From NCBI GenBank assembly GCA_977016875.1, contig CDRNST010000013.1:620001-684000 (forward strand): DNA of 64,000 nucleotides, given 5' to 3'. Within the stretch, counting starts at the first letter, position 1. Every line of letters starts with the position of its first letter. The translations under genes were made by a program, and so were the position numbers. A model generated the notes under the pieces. It was not told the origin of the DNA and did no database searches. It worked only from the letters and a program-made list of their open reading frames with translations. Below, one piece after another: positions 12,992 to 24,170 of this stretch. The stretch is from Pavona decussata. Lineage: Eukaryota.

Positions 12992-13034
12992 AGCGCGCGC
13001 AAAAAGCACTATTCACTTGTGTGGTATATACTAA
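12350..13034 (-). mobile_element. Non-autonomous Crypton-like element, copy 1, inside an (ATT)n microsatellite
   Basis: ~108-bp terminal palindrome 12350-12457; inverted TTAGTATATACCACAC/GTGTGGTATATACTAA; remnant M.TRFATVT*EENISIKETA resembles Crypton/DUF3504 N-termini; second copy at 55092. Confidence 0.65.
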
Positions 13035-13264
13035 TTATTATTATTATTATTATTTTGGGAAAAACTGAAAACTCAGTGCTAAGAACCCTAACTCTTCAGG
13101 GTTACACTTGGAGATGACTGTAGCATTATGTCTGTTACACATAATTTTCTATATCAATAATATGGACTATGAAGTTTCAACAAATAATGAAATGAATTTG
13201 TTTTTGTGGAAAAGCAGGGATGTGGTTCAATATAAAGTCTCTATCTTGTCTCTATTTGGTTAAG

Positions 13265-14442
13265 GTGCACAAGCTGTTGTTGTTGAAGAAGGATTTGAGC
13301 AGATCAGTGGTTTTCCACGAGTTTTTGGGGCAGTTGATGGATGTCACATTCCAATTAGGACTCCATCCGTAGACCCTCAGTCCTATCTAAATCGTCTGAA
13401 AAGTCATTCAATAATTCTACAGGTAATGGACACAACTAGAAAGAGCAATAATCTTACAGCTAGAGGCCTTAGGGTCTAATAGTCAAAGCAAAATTATAAT
13501 TAATGCTTGGGAGATAAGACAGGCTTTTGTCCATCAACCCTTACCCCATAAGATAGAGAATATATATATTAAGCTTTTAACTGAATTAAAATTGAATTCC
13601 AGGGTATATGTAATCATAAAATGCTGTTCACAGATATTTATGCTGGAAGGCCTGGATCAGTCCATGATGCACGAGTTCTCAGAAATTCTTCTTTGTACCA
13701 TACAGCAGAGCATCACTTTCAGGGTGACAGCCATCTGCTTGGGGATTCCGCCTATCCTCTTCACAGGTACATAATAAAATAATGATGTTTTGACCACCCC
13801 CCAAAAATGAAAAGATACTGATGTATATATTGTAGTTTTAAATAATTAATTTCAGCTCAAAATGGGATGTTTCATCTTGATTGGATTTTTCAATTCTTTT
13901 TTGCTTGTTCTCACTATAAATAAAGGGGAAAAAAGGAAAAAATTGTTGAAATCATTGACCTGAAATTCAAACTACAATGCAGACTTCAGTATCAAACTAT
14001 ATTGAAATTGGTAATATTTATTAGAATTCCACAAACTCACTCTGTCAGATTTAAACTTATTATGCCTATCATTTTCTTTTTTAGATGGTTGCTCACACCA
14101 TTCAGAGATAATGACCACATATCAGGACCCGAGGTAAATTACAATGAAAAACATGCCAAGACACGCCAAACAATTGAAAGGGCTTTTGGTCTACTGAAAG
14201 GGAGATGGAGAAGGTTAAAATTTATCGAAATGGAAAATATTGATGAGTCTCCAGCTGTTGTAGCAGCAGCCTGTGTTTTGCATAATTTTTGCCTGCTAAT
14301 TGATGAAGAGAACATTGATGAATTTTTTGATGATGATGATGGGGAAGATTGTGAATTACCTGCTTATGATCCAAGACCACTGGCTGTGGCAAAGAGAAAC
14401 CAAATGGTTATCTTTCTTACCACTGAGGTCTGTGTCTTTTAA
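13265..14442 (+). mobile_element. Harbinger (HARBI1-like, DDE_Tnp_4) transposase, three spliced exons (13265-13422, 13603-13766, 14085-14442); 5' exons not found
   Basis: GAVDGCHIPI, SYLNR..HSIILQ|GIC, PGSVHDARV, LGDSAYP, IERAFGLLKGRWRRL, CVLHNFC; GT-AG junctions keep the frame open. Confidence 0.92.
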
Positions 14443-14800
14443 TCTGCTTGCTGCCTTGGTTCTTTGAAATTTGTAGCAAGGGATTAGACCTATTTTTCAC
14501 AATTGAAAGAATGACTGCATCGCAAAATTTGCAGTTTTTATTTGTGTAAATCAGAATTCTAAACGTAAGTCTAAAGAGGAAGAATTGTTATAGCTATACA
14601 CTTATGTAGGGGCATGAGACTTGGAATAAACATGGATAAGTTAAGGTCAGAGAGTGGCCAGAACTGAAGATGAGTTACTTTTATTTAAAAAATATGGATC
14701 TTCCCCCGGCAGGGAAACATGGATCTTGAATCATCAGTTTAGAGCGGTAATTAAAGTGCCATAGACAAAAAATGATAATGTTGTGTAAAATGCTTACATA

Positions 14801-15211
14801 CAGTCGAACCTGTATTAAGCAGCAACGTATTAAGCGGCCACCCTCTATTAAGCAGTCAGTTGTCAAAGTCCCGAAAATTACTTCCCTTAATTACTGTAAT
14901 CCTGACCTGTCACCCTATACTAAGTCCCAACGAGCTGTTTCTATTGTCTTGACCTGTTTTAAACGGTCACTTTGGAAAAGGAAACCACTTAAACATGGTA
15001 CCAAATAGCGTGCCAGGCAACTGAGTTTCTAATGAGCAGCACAATCGTGGCGTTAATGTTTTACTAGTCCGTTTCAAAACCATGGTTTCCTTTGTCATAC
15101 TATTTTATCGCCGAACTTTCTTAACCAAGTAAGTGATGTATTCTGTGCAACCTGTATTAAGCGGTCACTTAGCCATTCCCCGAGGGTGACCGGTTAACAC
15201 AGGTTCGACTG
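14801..15211. mobile_element. Tc1/mariner (pogo/Tigger-like) MITE with TA TSD
   Basis: TA|CAGTCGAACCTGTATTAA ... TTAACACAGGTTCGACTG|TA. Confidence 0.9.
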
Positions 15212-15538
15212 TAATGAGAATGACTGTTGTAAGAAAAAAGCAAATGATCCAATAACAACTACTGCCTTTTCAAAGACCCTGCAAACATTACAAAGGGTAT
15301 ATTGGAATACAACAATAATTAAATTGCGTAATTTTGGATTGACAGTTGATCTAATTGAATGCAAGGGAGGAACTTTTTACTTTAGCGGTCTGTCAAAGGA
15401 AATCAACTTCTTCTGAATGTAATAGCACACGGTCATAAAATTTGTTATGTGCAGTACGAACAATAAAAAGGCGACTTCTCTGCGACTTCTTACATGCACT
15501 AGCTGTCAACGTTCACAAAGCGATTAAGCTTACTTCTT

Positions 15539-16250
15539 TCATAGAATGCTAAGAAACCGCTCCATTACATCCATTTTCTCCTTGTGCATTTTTGTAATGA
15601 CATCAATTTTTTCTTTCGCTCCTTTCTCTTTGTCTTCTTTAAATTCCCTGAGGAATTCTATCATCTCCGAAGCTGATGACTTCGATTTTCGTTTTCTTTT
15701 CTTCTTGGGAGGCTCATTTAGCACACTGCCATCTTCATCAGACGATAAATCTCCTTCACAATGGCTAGCGGTTATGGTAGAAACGGTAGAATGTGGGATG
15801 ATTTTGGGGTCACTGCCAAAGAATTCGGCAAGTTCGTCTTGAAATTCCATGTCTTTTCTGTCGCTCCCTGTTTTTTCGTTGTGCTCCTGAACCTTCTTAA
15901 ATTTTTTTTTCGAGCTTTTTCCATTTATTACAATATTGTTCCCTGGTTACTTTAATTTGCGAGTTTTCGTTAAATTTTTCAGCAACCCTTTGCCATGCCA
16001 CGTTTTAACGCACTTTGCCTTTGCAAAAAAGATTATCTTGTTCTTTTCTCAAGGAAATTAACAGTTTCGTAGAAGTCTGAGTCCAAGAACAGAGTTTTGC
16101 TTCTCCTGCAACGAGCAAGAATTTTAAAATGGTAAATGAAACGCGTTTTCGAACTAGTAATTGTTTTGATTAGCAACAGAAATTTGAGACGTGTGTACTT
16201 ACCAATAGTTTCTGATGTTGAAGCAACTGAGAAAGCAGCAGCCATCCTGA
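15539..16250 (-). pseudogene. Myb/SANT-like DNA-binding partner ORF of the Harbinger element, convergent with the transposase, disrupted
   Basis: AWQRVAEKFNENSQIKVTREQYCNKWKKLEKKFKKVQEHNEKTGSDRKDMEFQDEL...PPKKKRKRK; has stops/frameshifts. Confidence 0.8.
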
Positions 16251-16299
16251 TGTTTTCAATAATATAATTTTCTACAAAATTTTGGTCGAACGAGATGTG

Positions 16300-16486
16300 A
16301 TATTGTACACTGAACCTGGCGCGAAAATTTGCTGCGGCTTTCCACGTTCCGCGCTGGAATGAGAGAACTGGCTGGCCCAACTCCAAGAGCAGGGCCAGTT
16401 TGGCCAGAACCAGTTCTGCGAACTGACGTGTACCATTTGCGAACTGACCGACCCAGCCAGCCAGTTCTGACTAATGGTAAGTGCCC
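16300..16486. mobile_element. Right terminus/TIR of the Harbinger element
   Basis: Ends ...GACTAATGGTAAGTGCCC followed by TTA (GGGC- terminus, TWA target); GAACTG/CAGTT subterminal motifs. Confidence 0.7.
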
Positions 16487-17845
16487 TTAGTGTAACCTTG
16501 CAGTACCTGATTGGAATTTCAGTAGCTGCAAGTACAAAGGTTCCAGTGTCATAGTGAATTTGACATTGAAAGTGCAGAAAAAAATCTGAACCAAGGATGA
16601 ATGTACCACGTGGCCATTGTAAATTTGATGCTATGATTACAAAATTTTGTTTTGAATTTCTAAATGCCATTTGCCATGTCGTCTTTTGAAAGTTTTGTTT
16701 TCATTATAAATTTCCGATCTGCAATTACGTTTTGCGATTGTCTTCCGTATTTCAGCCTAAAGCTTACTCTTTTCTTGCATGTTTTCCTCGGTTCCATGTA
16801 ATATCTATCTGTTTTTTATTCCTTTATTATCTTGCTTTGATTGTACCTTTTCATGATATATATTGTCTTTTGCATGTTGTAATTTCTTGCCTCGATATTA
16901 TGTTGGTTTTTTTTAATGCTATCTTTCACTTTATTTATTCCTTCTTTTTTATCTGCCTCGACCAGGAGCACTGATATCCTTGCCTTATTTGCGAAACACA
17001 TTCCGGCGTGAGTTAAATATTGTTGTTAGTATCTTGAAATTAATTTGCTTTATTTATTCCATTTTTCAACTTATTTTCATCTTACTTATTTCTTTTGGTT
17101 CTGTCGAATCCATATTCTATAATTATTGTTTCTGCATTTTGAAATTATGTTGCCTCGATTTTGTCTGATGCAGTGATGGGGCGATGGGCGGGAAAAGATC
17201 ACATGACCTAAAATGCAGGAAATTGGGGAGTTTTCTTCCGAATCGTGGCGGATCTAATTCAACTGGATTTTGAAGGCAAAAGTACCGATGAGTCTCATCA
17301 AAGCAAGAATTCCTCGATTTTTTAGGGTACCCGAATGTTTCCACCTAAAAATCGTAAAAAATGGCAAGTGTGAAAATGTATGGCCGCTATCCAACTGGTA
17401 CAAAAAATGCACATGTGATCACCTTCCCTGCCAAAGAGTAAGACTTATAAGAGGAGCATGTCAGGGTCTCCCCCTTATTTTAGACCTGGAGTGGGGCCCA
17501 GATGGTCAAGGCACCAAGATACCTTGTTTTGGTTAGAGAAGGGGCCCTTCCCTTACCTCCAGGTCTGAATCTACCACTCACTGTACATAGATAGTAAACC
17601 TGATATAAGTTCAACCATAGTAATAATGATTTAGAGTAAGAATTTACCATATAGTATAATAGATGGTTAGAGGTCCCCCTCTCACACACCCAGAAGTTCA
17701 TACATACAACTACTACAATAGGTTTAAATGGTAAAAAAGAAATGCACTGTTACTTTAAGAAACAGTATAAAATTTTCTTTATAATAATTACATGTACTTT
17801 TTATGATACACTCACTCCTGATGACTGACTTTTCGTTTTCATAGG

Positions 17846-18219
17846 CTCGAAAACAAGACACGTTTTCAGAGATAAAAGGAATGTTTAAAGAGATCTAAGA
17901 TGCCCTTGAAGTAAATAATGAAAAGAAAAGGGTGAAAGAGATTATTAAGTGTGTTATTTGCCAATCCACATGTACTGCATCACTGTATTTTTGTGTTGCT
18001 GGTTGTGGCCAATTAATTAGGTGCTTCTACTGTGCCTCCAGATTGCAAGACTGCCCCCTACGTAGGGTGAGTTTGCCAGATTCAGAAATTCACAAGCCAC
18101 TTAAGATAGGTGGCCTGGCAGAATTCTTGGGTACTGCTGATGTTTCCATGACATCAGCACTGAGGGAAGCCAGAATTGGTGCAAACAATGACGGAGATGG
18201 GGATGACAAAATCCTCTAA
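17846..18219 (+). pseudogene. RING-finger-like exon, degenerate
   Basis: CVIC..x..CVAGCGQLIRCFYC....DCPLRR; acceptor ATAG at ~17845; in-frame stop; candidate first exon MASVKMYGRYPTGTKNAHVITFPAK at 17361-17436. Confidence 0.6.
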
Positions 18220-18452
18220 TGCAAATCCTCTAATGCAGCATAAGCTGTTCATGTTTTCACTTTTCTGCTTTGTAGTGTTGTTGACATTAATGTAATTTAA
18301 CTGTCTTTCACAGTAGAATATCAAAGTTTGTTTCTATTAATGTTATGATTTAACAGTACAACGTACATGTATATTCCCATTTGGGAAATAACCTAGCAGT
18401 ATGCAGGATGTTTGTCCCATGAACCTAGTTTAATGGCCTTAGCTCCAACGAG

Positions 18453-18525
18453 TCTCCTGTAGCTCAGTGGTAGAGAATCCGAACTAGTAATCGGAAGGTC
18501 TTAGGTTCGACTCCTGATAGGAGAA
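18453..18525 (+). tRNA. tRNA-Thr(AGT)-like sequence within the repeat, D-stem mismatch (pseudo-tRNA)
   Basis: A box TAGCTCAGTGG, B box GGTTCGACTCC; D-stem 3' side GAGA instead of GAGC. Confidence 0.55.
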
Positions 18526-18711
18526 CTCGGATTTCTTTTTTCTGAGTATGCCTGCGTCACTTTCCAGAATAATCATCATTCTCATTCATTCACCAGGCTG
18601 GAAATATACCATCACATTTCTTTCACATACCACACGTTCGACATTCAAATCCTAGCAGTATGCAGGATGTTTGTCCCATGAACCTAGTTTAATGGCCTTA
18701 GCTCCCACGAG

Positions 18712-18784
18712 TCTCCTGTAGCTCAGTGGTAGAGCATCCGAACTAGTAATCGGAAGGTCTTAGGTTCGACTCCTGATAGGAGAA
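18712..18784 (+). tRNA. tRNA-Thr(AGT)-like cloverleaf with 8-nt anticodon loop, within the repeat
   Basis: TCTCCTG/TAGGAGA acceptor, GCTC/GAGC D-stem, TCCGA-ACTAGTAA-TCGGA, TTAGG-TTCGACT-CCTGA; T-run downstream. Confidence 0.65.
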
Positions 18785-19578
18785 CTCGGATTTCTTTTTT
18801 CCGAGTATGCCTGCGTCACTTTCCAGAATAATCATCATTCTCATTCATTCACCAGGCTGGAAATATACCATCACATTTCTTTCATACAACCTCTACACCT
18901 GTTACTAAGTTAATATGTTTAAATGCCTCAGGCCTGCCATTTATTGTTATTGAAGGTAAATCAAGAAGACTACTTTCTTTTTTTTTTTTTCACGTTGTTT
19001 TATTATTTATTTGCACTGTTTATAACACTATATATTATACATACATATGGGCATACACTGTATTTACTTCTTACACGATGCTTACTCTATGTTAACGTAC
19101 ACTACTTACAATACATATATTACAATACAATTACACTAGTCAAATTAAATTACAGTTGATCTGTTTACAATGACATTATTGTTCGTTTGTTAATTATTCG
19201 AGTCACTTATAAGAATTTTGTTTGTTACTACATAGGGTGTTAATTTTCTAGAATTCAATAGAATATTAAATAAATAGGTAGCGAAAGCAAACAAATCAAA
19301 ATCCAAAAGCTTAAAAGAAAAAAAAGACACAATACAATTTTATAAAGACAGAAAAAATTTCCATTTGTTTCTGAATTCTTGCTCCTTATTAGAAGTGACA
19401 GCAATATATTTTTCCAGATTGATTTTTTCGCACACAAGTGAGACAAACTCATCGAATTGAGACAGCTTATACATTTAGTTTCTAATGAAAAGATAGACGG
19501 GGTATCCAAGAAATAACGAGAATAGTTGTCTTAGACATATGCTCACAGTGCGGTTGAAATTTATAACAAGGCTTGATA

Positions 19579-20184
19579 CAGTTAAACCTCTCCACAACGG
19601 CCACCTTGGGGACAGAAGAAAGTGGCCATTGTTGAGAGGTGGCCGTTATGGGGAGGTGGGGGTGTAATATGACACCTTTTTTTTTTGGGAAGTACAACAT
19701 GTTTATTGTGCCAAGTTCATGCTTACTGTAGCCTATAATGACAATCCAATCTTAAATAATATATATAGATAAAAAAACACAATAAAACGTAAATAATCTT
19801 TTGAATCAAAATGTTAAACGGAAAGACGAAACGAGCAAGGTTCGGTATATTATTGTAGACAATTTATGCTTACTGCAGCATATAAATGGCAAACAATTAA
19901 AATACGTATATCATTAAAATGGATACAGAAACGTAATTTTCCGAAGACAAATGTCGAATACTGCATCAGTTTATAGAAAACGGTTTTTACACATGCAAAA
20001 GAACTGTATACTGGCCGTTGTCGAGAGGTTATTTTAGCAGTTGGGGACGCGCTTTAGTGGCCGTTGCCGTTGTAGAGAGGTTTAAACAAGAGCTAATGTA
20101 TGGACTGTCCGCCAGGCCAAAAAAAGTGGCCGTTATAGAGAGGTGGCCGTTGTGGAGAGGTGACCGTTAGTGGAGGTTCAACTG
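19579..20184. mobile_element. Tc1/mariner (pogo-like) MITE with TA TSD
   Basis: TA|CAGTTAAACCTC ... GAGGTTCAACTG|TA; repeated GAGAGGTGGCCGTT subterminal motifs. Confidence 0.9.
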
Positions 20185-20407
20185 TATTTGTTACAAAACA
20201 AGTTTGATCAACATGACAGAAGAGAAAGCTAACACTGAAACACACGCGGAAACACATACGAAAACACATAACTATTACGGACTTACCTAAACCTTTGTGC
20301 GGCGTCTTGACTGGGTATATAAAGAGTGGAAAGCTGCAGCACTCAAGTGGGTGGCTCCGTAGAGAAAAAAAAAGTAAACTAAACTACGGTTTAGCTTCCA
20401 TTTTAGC

Positions 20408-21292
20408 TTAATTGTCCATTAAGCGCCCATAGAAAGAAAATTGTGATGTTTCTTCACCACGGTAGAGAGCACCGTCGCTGATCAGCTTTTCGACGTTGAA
20501 GTATGCAGCCTTCTTCTAACGCTTGGCCGTCTGTAATATCAGATATAACACCTTTCTTACTTCGTCGACTTCTTTAGGAAAGTCGTCGGATATTCCAAAT
20601 CTGGTACCTCTTGGAAGATTCTTGATGAAGGATTTGATGAAAAATTTATCTTGAAAATCCGTTAGCCTAACTATGATCGGTCGTGGTTGAGGATTTCGGT
20701 CATTTGATTGTGAGGGGCGCGACGGAATTCTGTGAACTCGGTCAAAATGAATGTTTTCTTCGTCGACTGGAGGGATCTTTAGCTTCGTACGCATGAATTC
20801 TCTTAGGGCGAGTTCAGTGTCATTGTTTGTTTCGTTTTCATGTTCTTTTATTCCGTAAAATTTCATATTTCCTCTACGAATGTGACATTCGAGTTTAACA
20901 TGTCGACGATGTAGCTCTTTGAGTTCTCGCTCCATTCGTTCACTGGAGGTGTTGGCTGTTTCTTGCTTGAATTTGACATCATCAACAATGGCTTTTAGGT
21001 CTTCTATCTCTGCTTGCAAATACTCCAAGCTCGTTTGCAGGGCTTTGTTTTCTTCTTCAAGAAGGTTAATTCTCTTTTTATAAGTTTCCAGCTCGGGAAG
21101 TATAGCTAATAGCATGTTGAGTTTCTCTTCAATACCGGAGAGCCTCGAGTTTGTGGTTTCGAAGCACTTTTTGCGTCCTTGCTCGTGGTGTTGATTGGAC
21201 GCGTCTTCTTCATCAGTTTGAGAGCTACGCTCCCTTGTTCGTTTCCTGCTTCTTTCCGCGGCTTCCTTTTTCTTCGATGGTTCATCAGGCAT
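20408..21292 (-). pseudogene. L1 ORF1p-like protein (coiled coil, RRM, CTD); one premature stop at 20516
   Basis: Heptad region, RRGNMKFYGIKE, FDRVHRI, PRPIIVRL, ISDDFPKEVDEVRK; reading continues KKAAYFNVEKLISDGALY. Confidence 0.88.
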
Positions 21293-21864
21293 TTCAAATG
21301 GATAACAAATATTTCCTAACTACCGTTGAGGCTGCGAAAACGAAAAGATACTTCGAGCACATTTTTGGCATGACCGCCATCTGTCATGCCTCGTCCCAGT
21401 CCCCAGAAGACTACTTTCATTTATTATAAAGGTTTTATGTGTTGTTCATGATCAAACGTTCATTTGCAATAAAAACATCTGTTAAAGTTTTGCTATTGAA
21501 AATAAAGTACTTCTAGTCATAGAGTGGCTTGTGTTTGAGCTAGGGAATCTGTTATCTGAACAAAACTCTTGATGGCATTGAATAATGTTGCAGTCCTGTC
21601 ATGAGCAACTCTTGATTACATTACACCTTTTGCTTTTCATTTAGAGAAAATACACAATCATTTGCACTAAAAGTCAGACAATAATGCTAAAATACGTTCA
21701 TTTCCGCCAATCGGCATTCAATTGCTTGAAATGCACCCTCCACAAGGATATCTGCATAATTATAAACATTCAATTGTTTCAAGACTTTTATTAAGGTCTT
21801 GTGAAAGTCAAACTCGTCAAAGCAACTTTCATTTGTGAACATCTGGACTGCCAGAAATCACGGG

Positions 21865-22205
21865 AGGGGGAGGCAGGGTGAGCGTGCATATAGAGAAGTA
21901 TGCGACCAGTGAGGACGGAACGTGACTGTGGCCCTAGCAGTATTGCCCGTTAAAGGCCTGGTGTTTTATTCCGCCAATATCGGCGGGATGAATGCACCTC
22001 GCTTTAACGACTTCTTGGGCCAGACGAGGGAAAATCTGGACCCCGACGAGGAAGTGATCTTCATTTACGATGATGCACCAACACATCAAAATCCCGCCAT
22101 CCACGCGGCCAATACCGAGCTGGAAATGCTCCCAGCCTACAGCCCATTCCTGAACATAGTGGAGCAGGCAATCAGCTCACTGAAGGGAGGGATAAAAGGA
22201 GACGT
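21865..22205 (+). mobile_element. IS630/Tc1-like (DDE_3) transposase fragment
   Basis: VIFIYDDAPTH...LPAYSPFLNIVEQAISSLK. Confidence 0.85.
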
Positions 22206-22214
22206 AACGAAGAT

Positions 22215-24170
22215 TTCAAATTCACCTGATCCTACGGGAAAGAAAGTTCAGCACAAACTGGGAGTGGGCTTTGCTGAGCCCTCTCTCCACTTTAGGCTTC
22301 TTGACAATGTCATCACTATGATGCGATAATATCACAGGTATTCTGCATCTCTCATTGAGTGAACGTCTCCATCTGAAACCAAGCGCTGCACGATGTGCAG
22401 GACGTATCAGCAGTTGAGATATGTTTGCTGGGGTAGAAAAGATGGACGCCCTTGACAAGATTAGGTCCACTTCATTCTCGATGTCACTAAGCGTGAATGC
22501 TGATTTATGAGCGTTTACATCCCTATTACAACTAAGCAAAGGAACACAATCGATTGATCTGCTTCTGTCTTTTGAGTCTGAGTCACAGTGGCCTCCTGTA
22601 AATTATTGCAAGAAATGAGCAGTCACTGTTCATAGCTCCAGAGCACAGTTCTTTACATCTTTACAACCGGGCTACTTACTGTGAAAAGGGTTTCCTCTAA
22701 AAGATTTTCCGGCATTATTCTCTCCTCTTTGAAAGTCACATGCAAGTAATAATTGTTCGCATATCACTGTCACGGTGTTGAGTGTGTCATGCAATAAAAT
22801 CATTTTCGGTGGAATACCATTTGTTTCATTCATAACACAACCAACCAAAAAAAGGGGGGGGATACGACGAGGTAGACTTGAGAAAACTTTTAATAAAACA
22901 GGTAGTTTTTCATGAATTATTGAGAAGAGATCTCCAGCTGTCAATTTGTATAAAGAGACCGACTTTGGTGGGGATTGAATTTCATGTTGCCATAAATGCA
23001 GGTCAACAACTTTCTACCAAGGCTTTCCACCAAACTTGTCACAGCTTTGTTTGCTACAAACGCACAAGATATTTTTCAAAGCCCCTTAACAAAGATAGAC
23101 GGTTGGGTTTTTTTCTATCGTTTGTTATTATGCTGGTTTGGTTCACGGGGTGGGAAAATTACTGACCAAAAACAAAAACGTGTCAATAGCGGAGTTGTTT
23201 ACTCAAGGCCACGGTAATTAGGAGATTTTATTCGACTTTACCTCGGCTGTACGAAGCGTGGGTACAATTACCTAAGACAAATTTGACACAAGTTTTAGAA
23301 AAACATGTTGTGTCCATGCAGGTGGAATTATAGACAGAGGGAGCATGTGCCACATGGTTAAAATCCTCGTAGCGTTTTCAGGGTAAAAGCGCCTTTTTTC
23401 GTGGCTGAAAGTACAATATCCCGGATCATTATCAGGTCTCAGTTTTCCTGCAAAATACTTACAAAAGGTCTTTTTAATCGATACATTACAAGAGAGTTTC
23501 AATAACTTTATATATATATATAACTTTAATAGTAACATCCTCGTGAGGTTTTTCAGGAACTATTTACAAACTATTTCCAATTTATAAAAGCAAAAATGAC
23601 AATAAAAACTCGAAATCACAATTTATGCTGGTATTTTACTAAAATTTAAAGCTTATGAAGGAAATGTCTGCCTCAATAGTGTGTCTTTCAGGGTGCGTTT
23701 GAAAGATGCCAATGAGGCACTTTGCCTAAGTTCATTATGCAAGTTATTCCATATGTAGGCCCCTCTATAGGAAAATGTGCGCTGGCCTATAGCCGTTCTG
23801 TATAGCGGAATCTGCAAAGAGTTCCGTGTACGAGTGTTACGAGTATGTATATTTGAGCGCTTGGTAAACTTGCTCGTTAAGTATTGAGGCACAAGATCGT
23901 TCTGACATTTAAAGGTCAAAACGGAGTCTCTATAGAATAATTTATTCCCTGTTCGCATGCGGTACACATTTTGGGAGCTACCAATTTGGCTATGATTCTG
24001 TGTGTAATTGAAGCCGTCATCAGCCTAAAAAGATTTTCGACCACTTTTTCAAAATTCAGGCGGTATTTCGAAAAACAAACAACATCACATTTGTTTAGAC
24101 AGAAATACCCATCAACAACCCAAATCTTAGCAAAAACTAAATTTTCGCCTTGACCATCAGACCTTCGCTG
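22215..24170 (-). mobile_element. 5' portion of a Sola3-like transposon (Cys/His-rich N-terminus plus long terminal region)
   Basis: CVPLLSCNRDVNAH...EVDLILSRASIF...PAHRAALGFRWRR...CRIP parallels the N-terminus at 31557; possible degenerate end CGCTG|TTAA at ~24170. Confidence 0.5.
23505..23950 (-). mobile_element. L2/CR1 LINE 3' fragment
   Basis: FKCQNDLVPQYL...HTRNTR...GQRTFSYRGAYIWNNL...SFKRTLK, then ATTAAA and (TA)n tail. Confidence 0.85.

Larger units (their letters stand above)
18392..18886 (+). repeat. Tandem 259-bp repeat (1.9 copies) containing a tRNA-like module
   Basis: CCTAGCAGTATGCAGG at 18392 and 18651; near-identical copies. Confidence 0.95.
18978..21404 (-). mobile_element. 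5'-intact L1/Tx1-clade element lacking almost all of ORF2; poly(A) and 14-bp TSD
   Basis: TSD AGAAGACTACTTTC at 18964-18977 and 21405-21418; poly-T from 18978; ORF1; only the ORF2 tail INLEKYIAVTSNKEQEFRNKWKFF remains (~19430-19345). Confidence 0.88.

Noticed and set aside
13265-14442. Domesticated host HARBI1 gene
   Set aside because: The adjacent Myb/SANT ORF and Harbinger TIR indicate a transposon copy
18453-18784. Ordinary functional tRNA-Thr gene pair
   Set aside because: 8-nt anticodon loop, atypical acceptor stem for Thr, and embedded in a repeat unit
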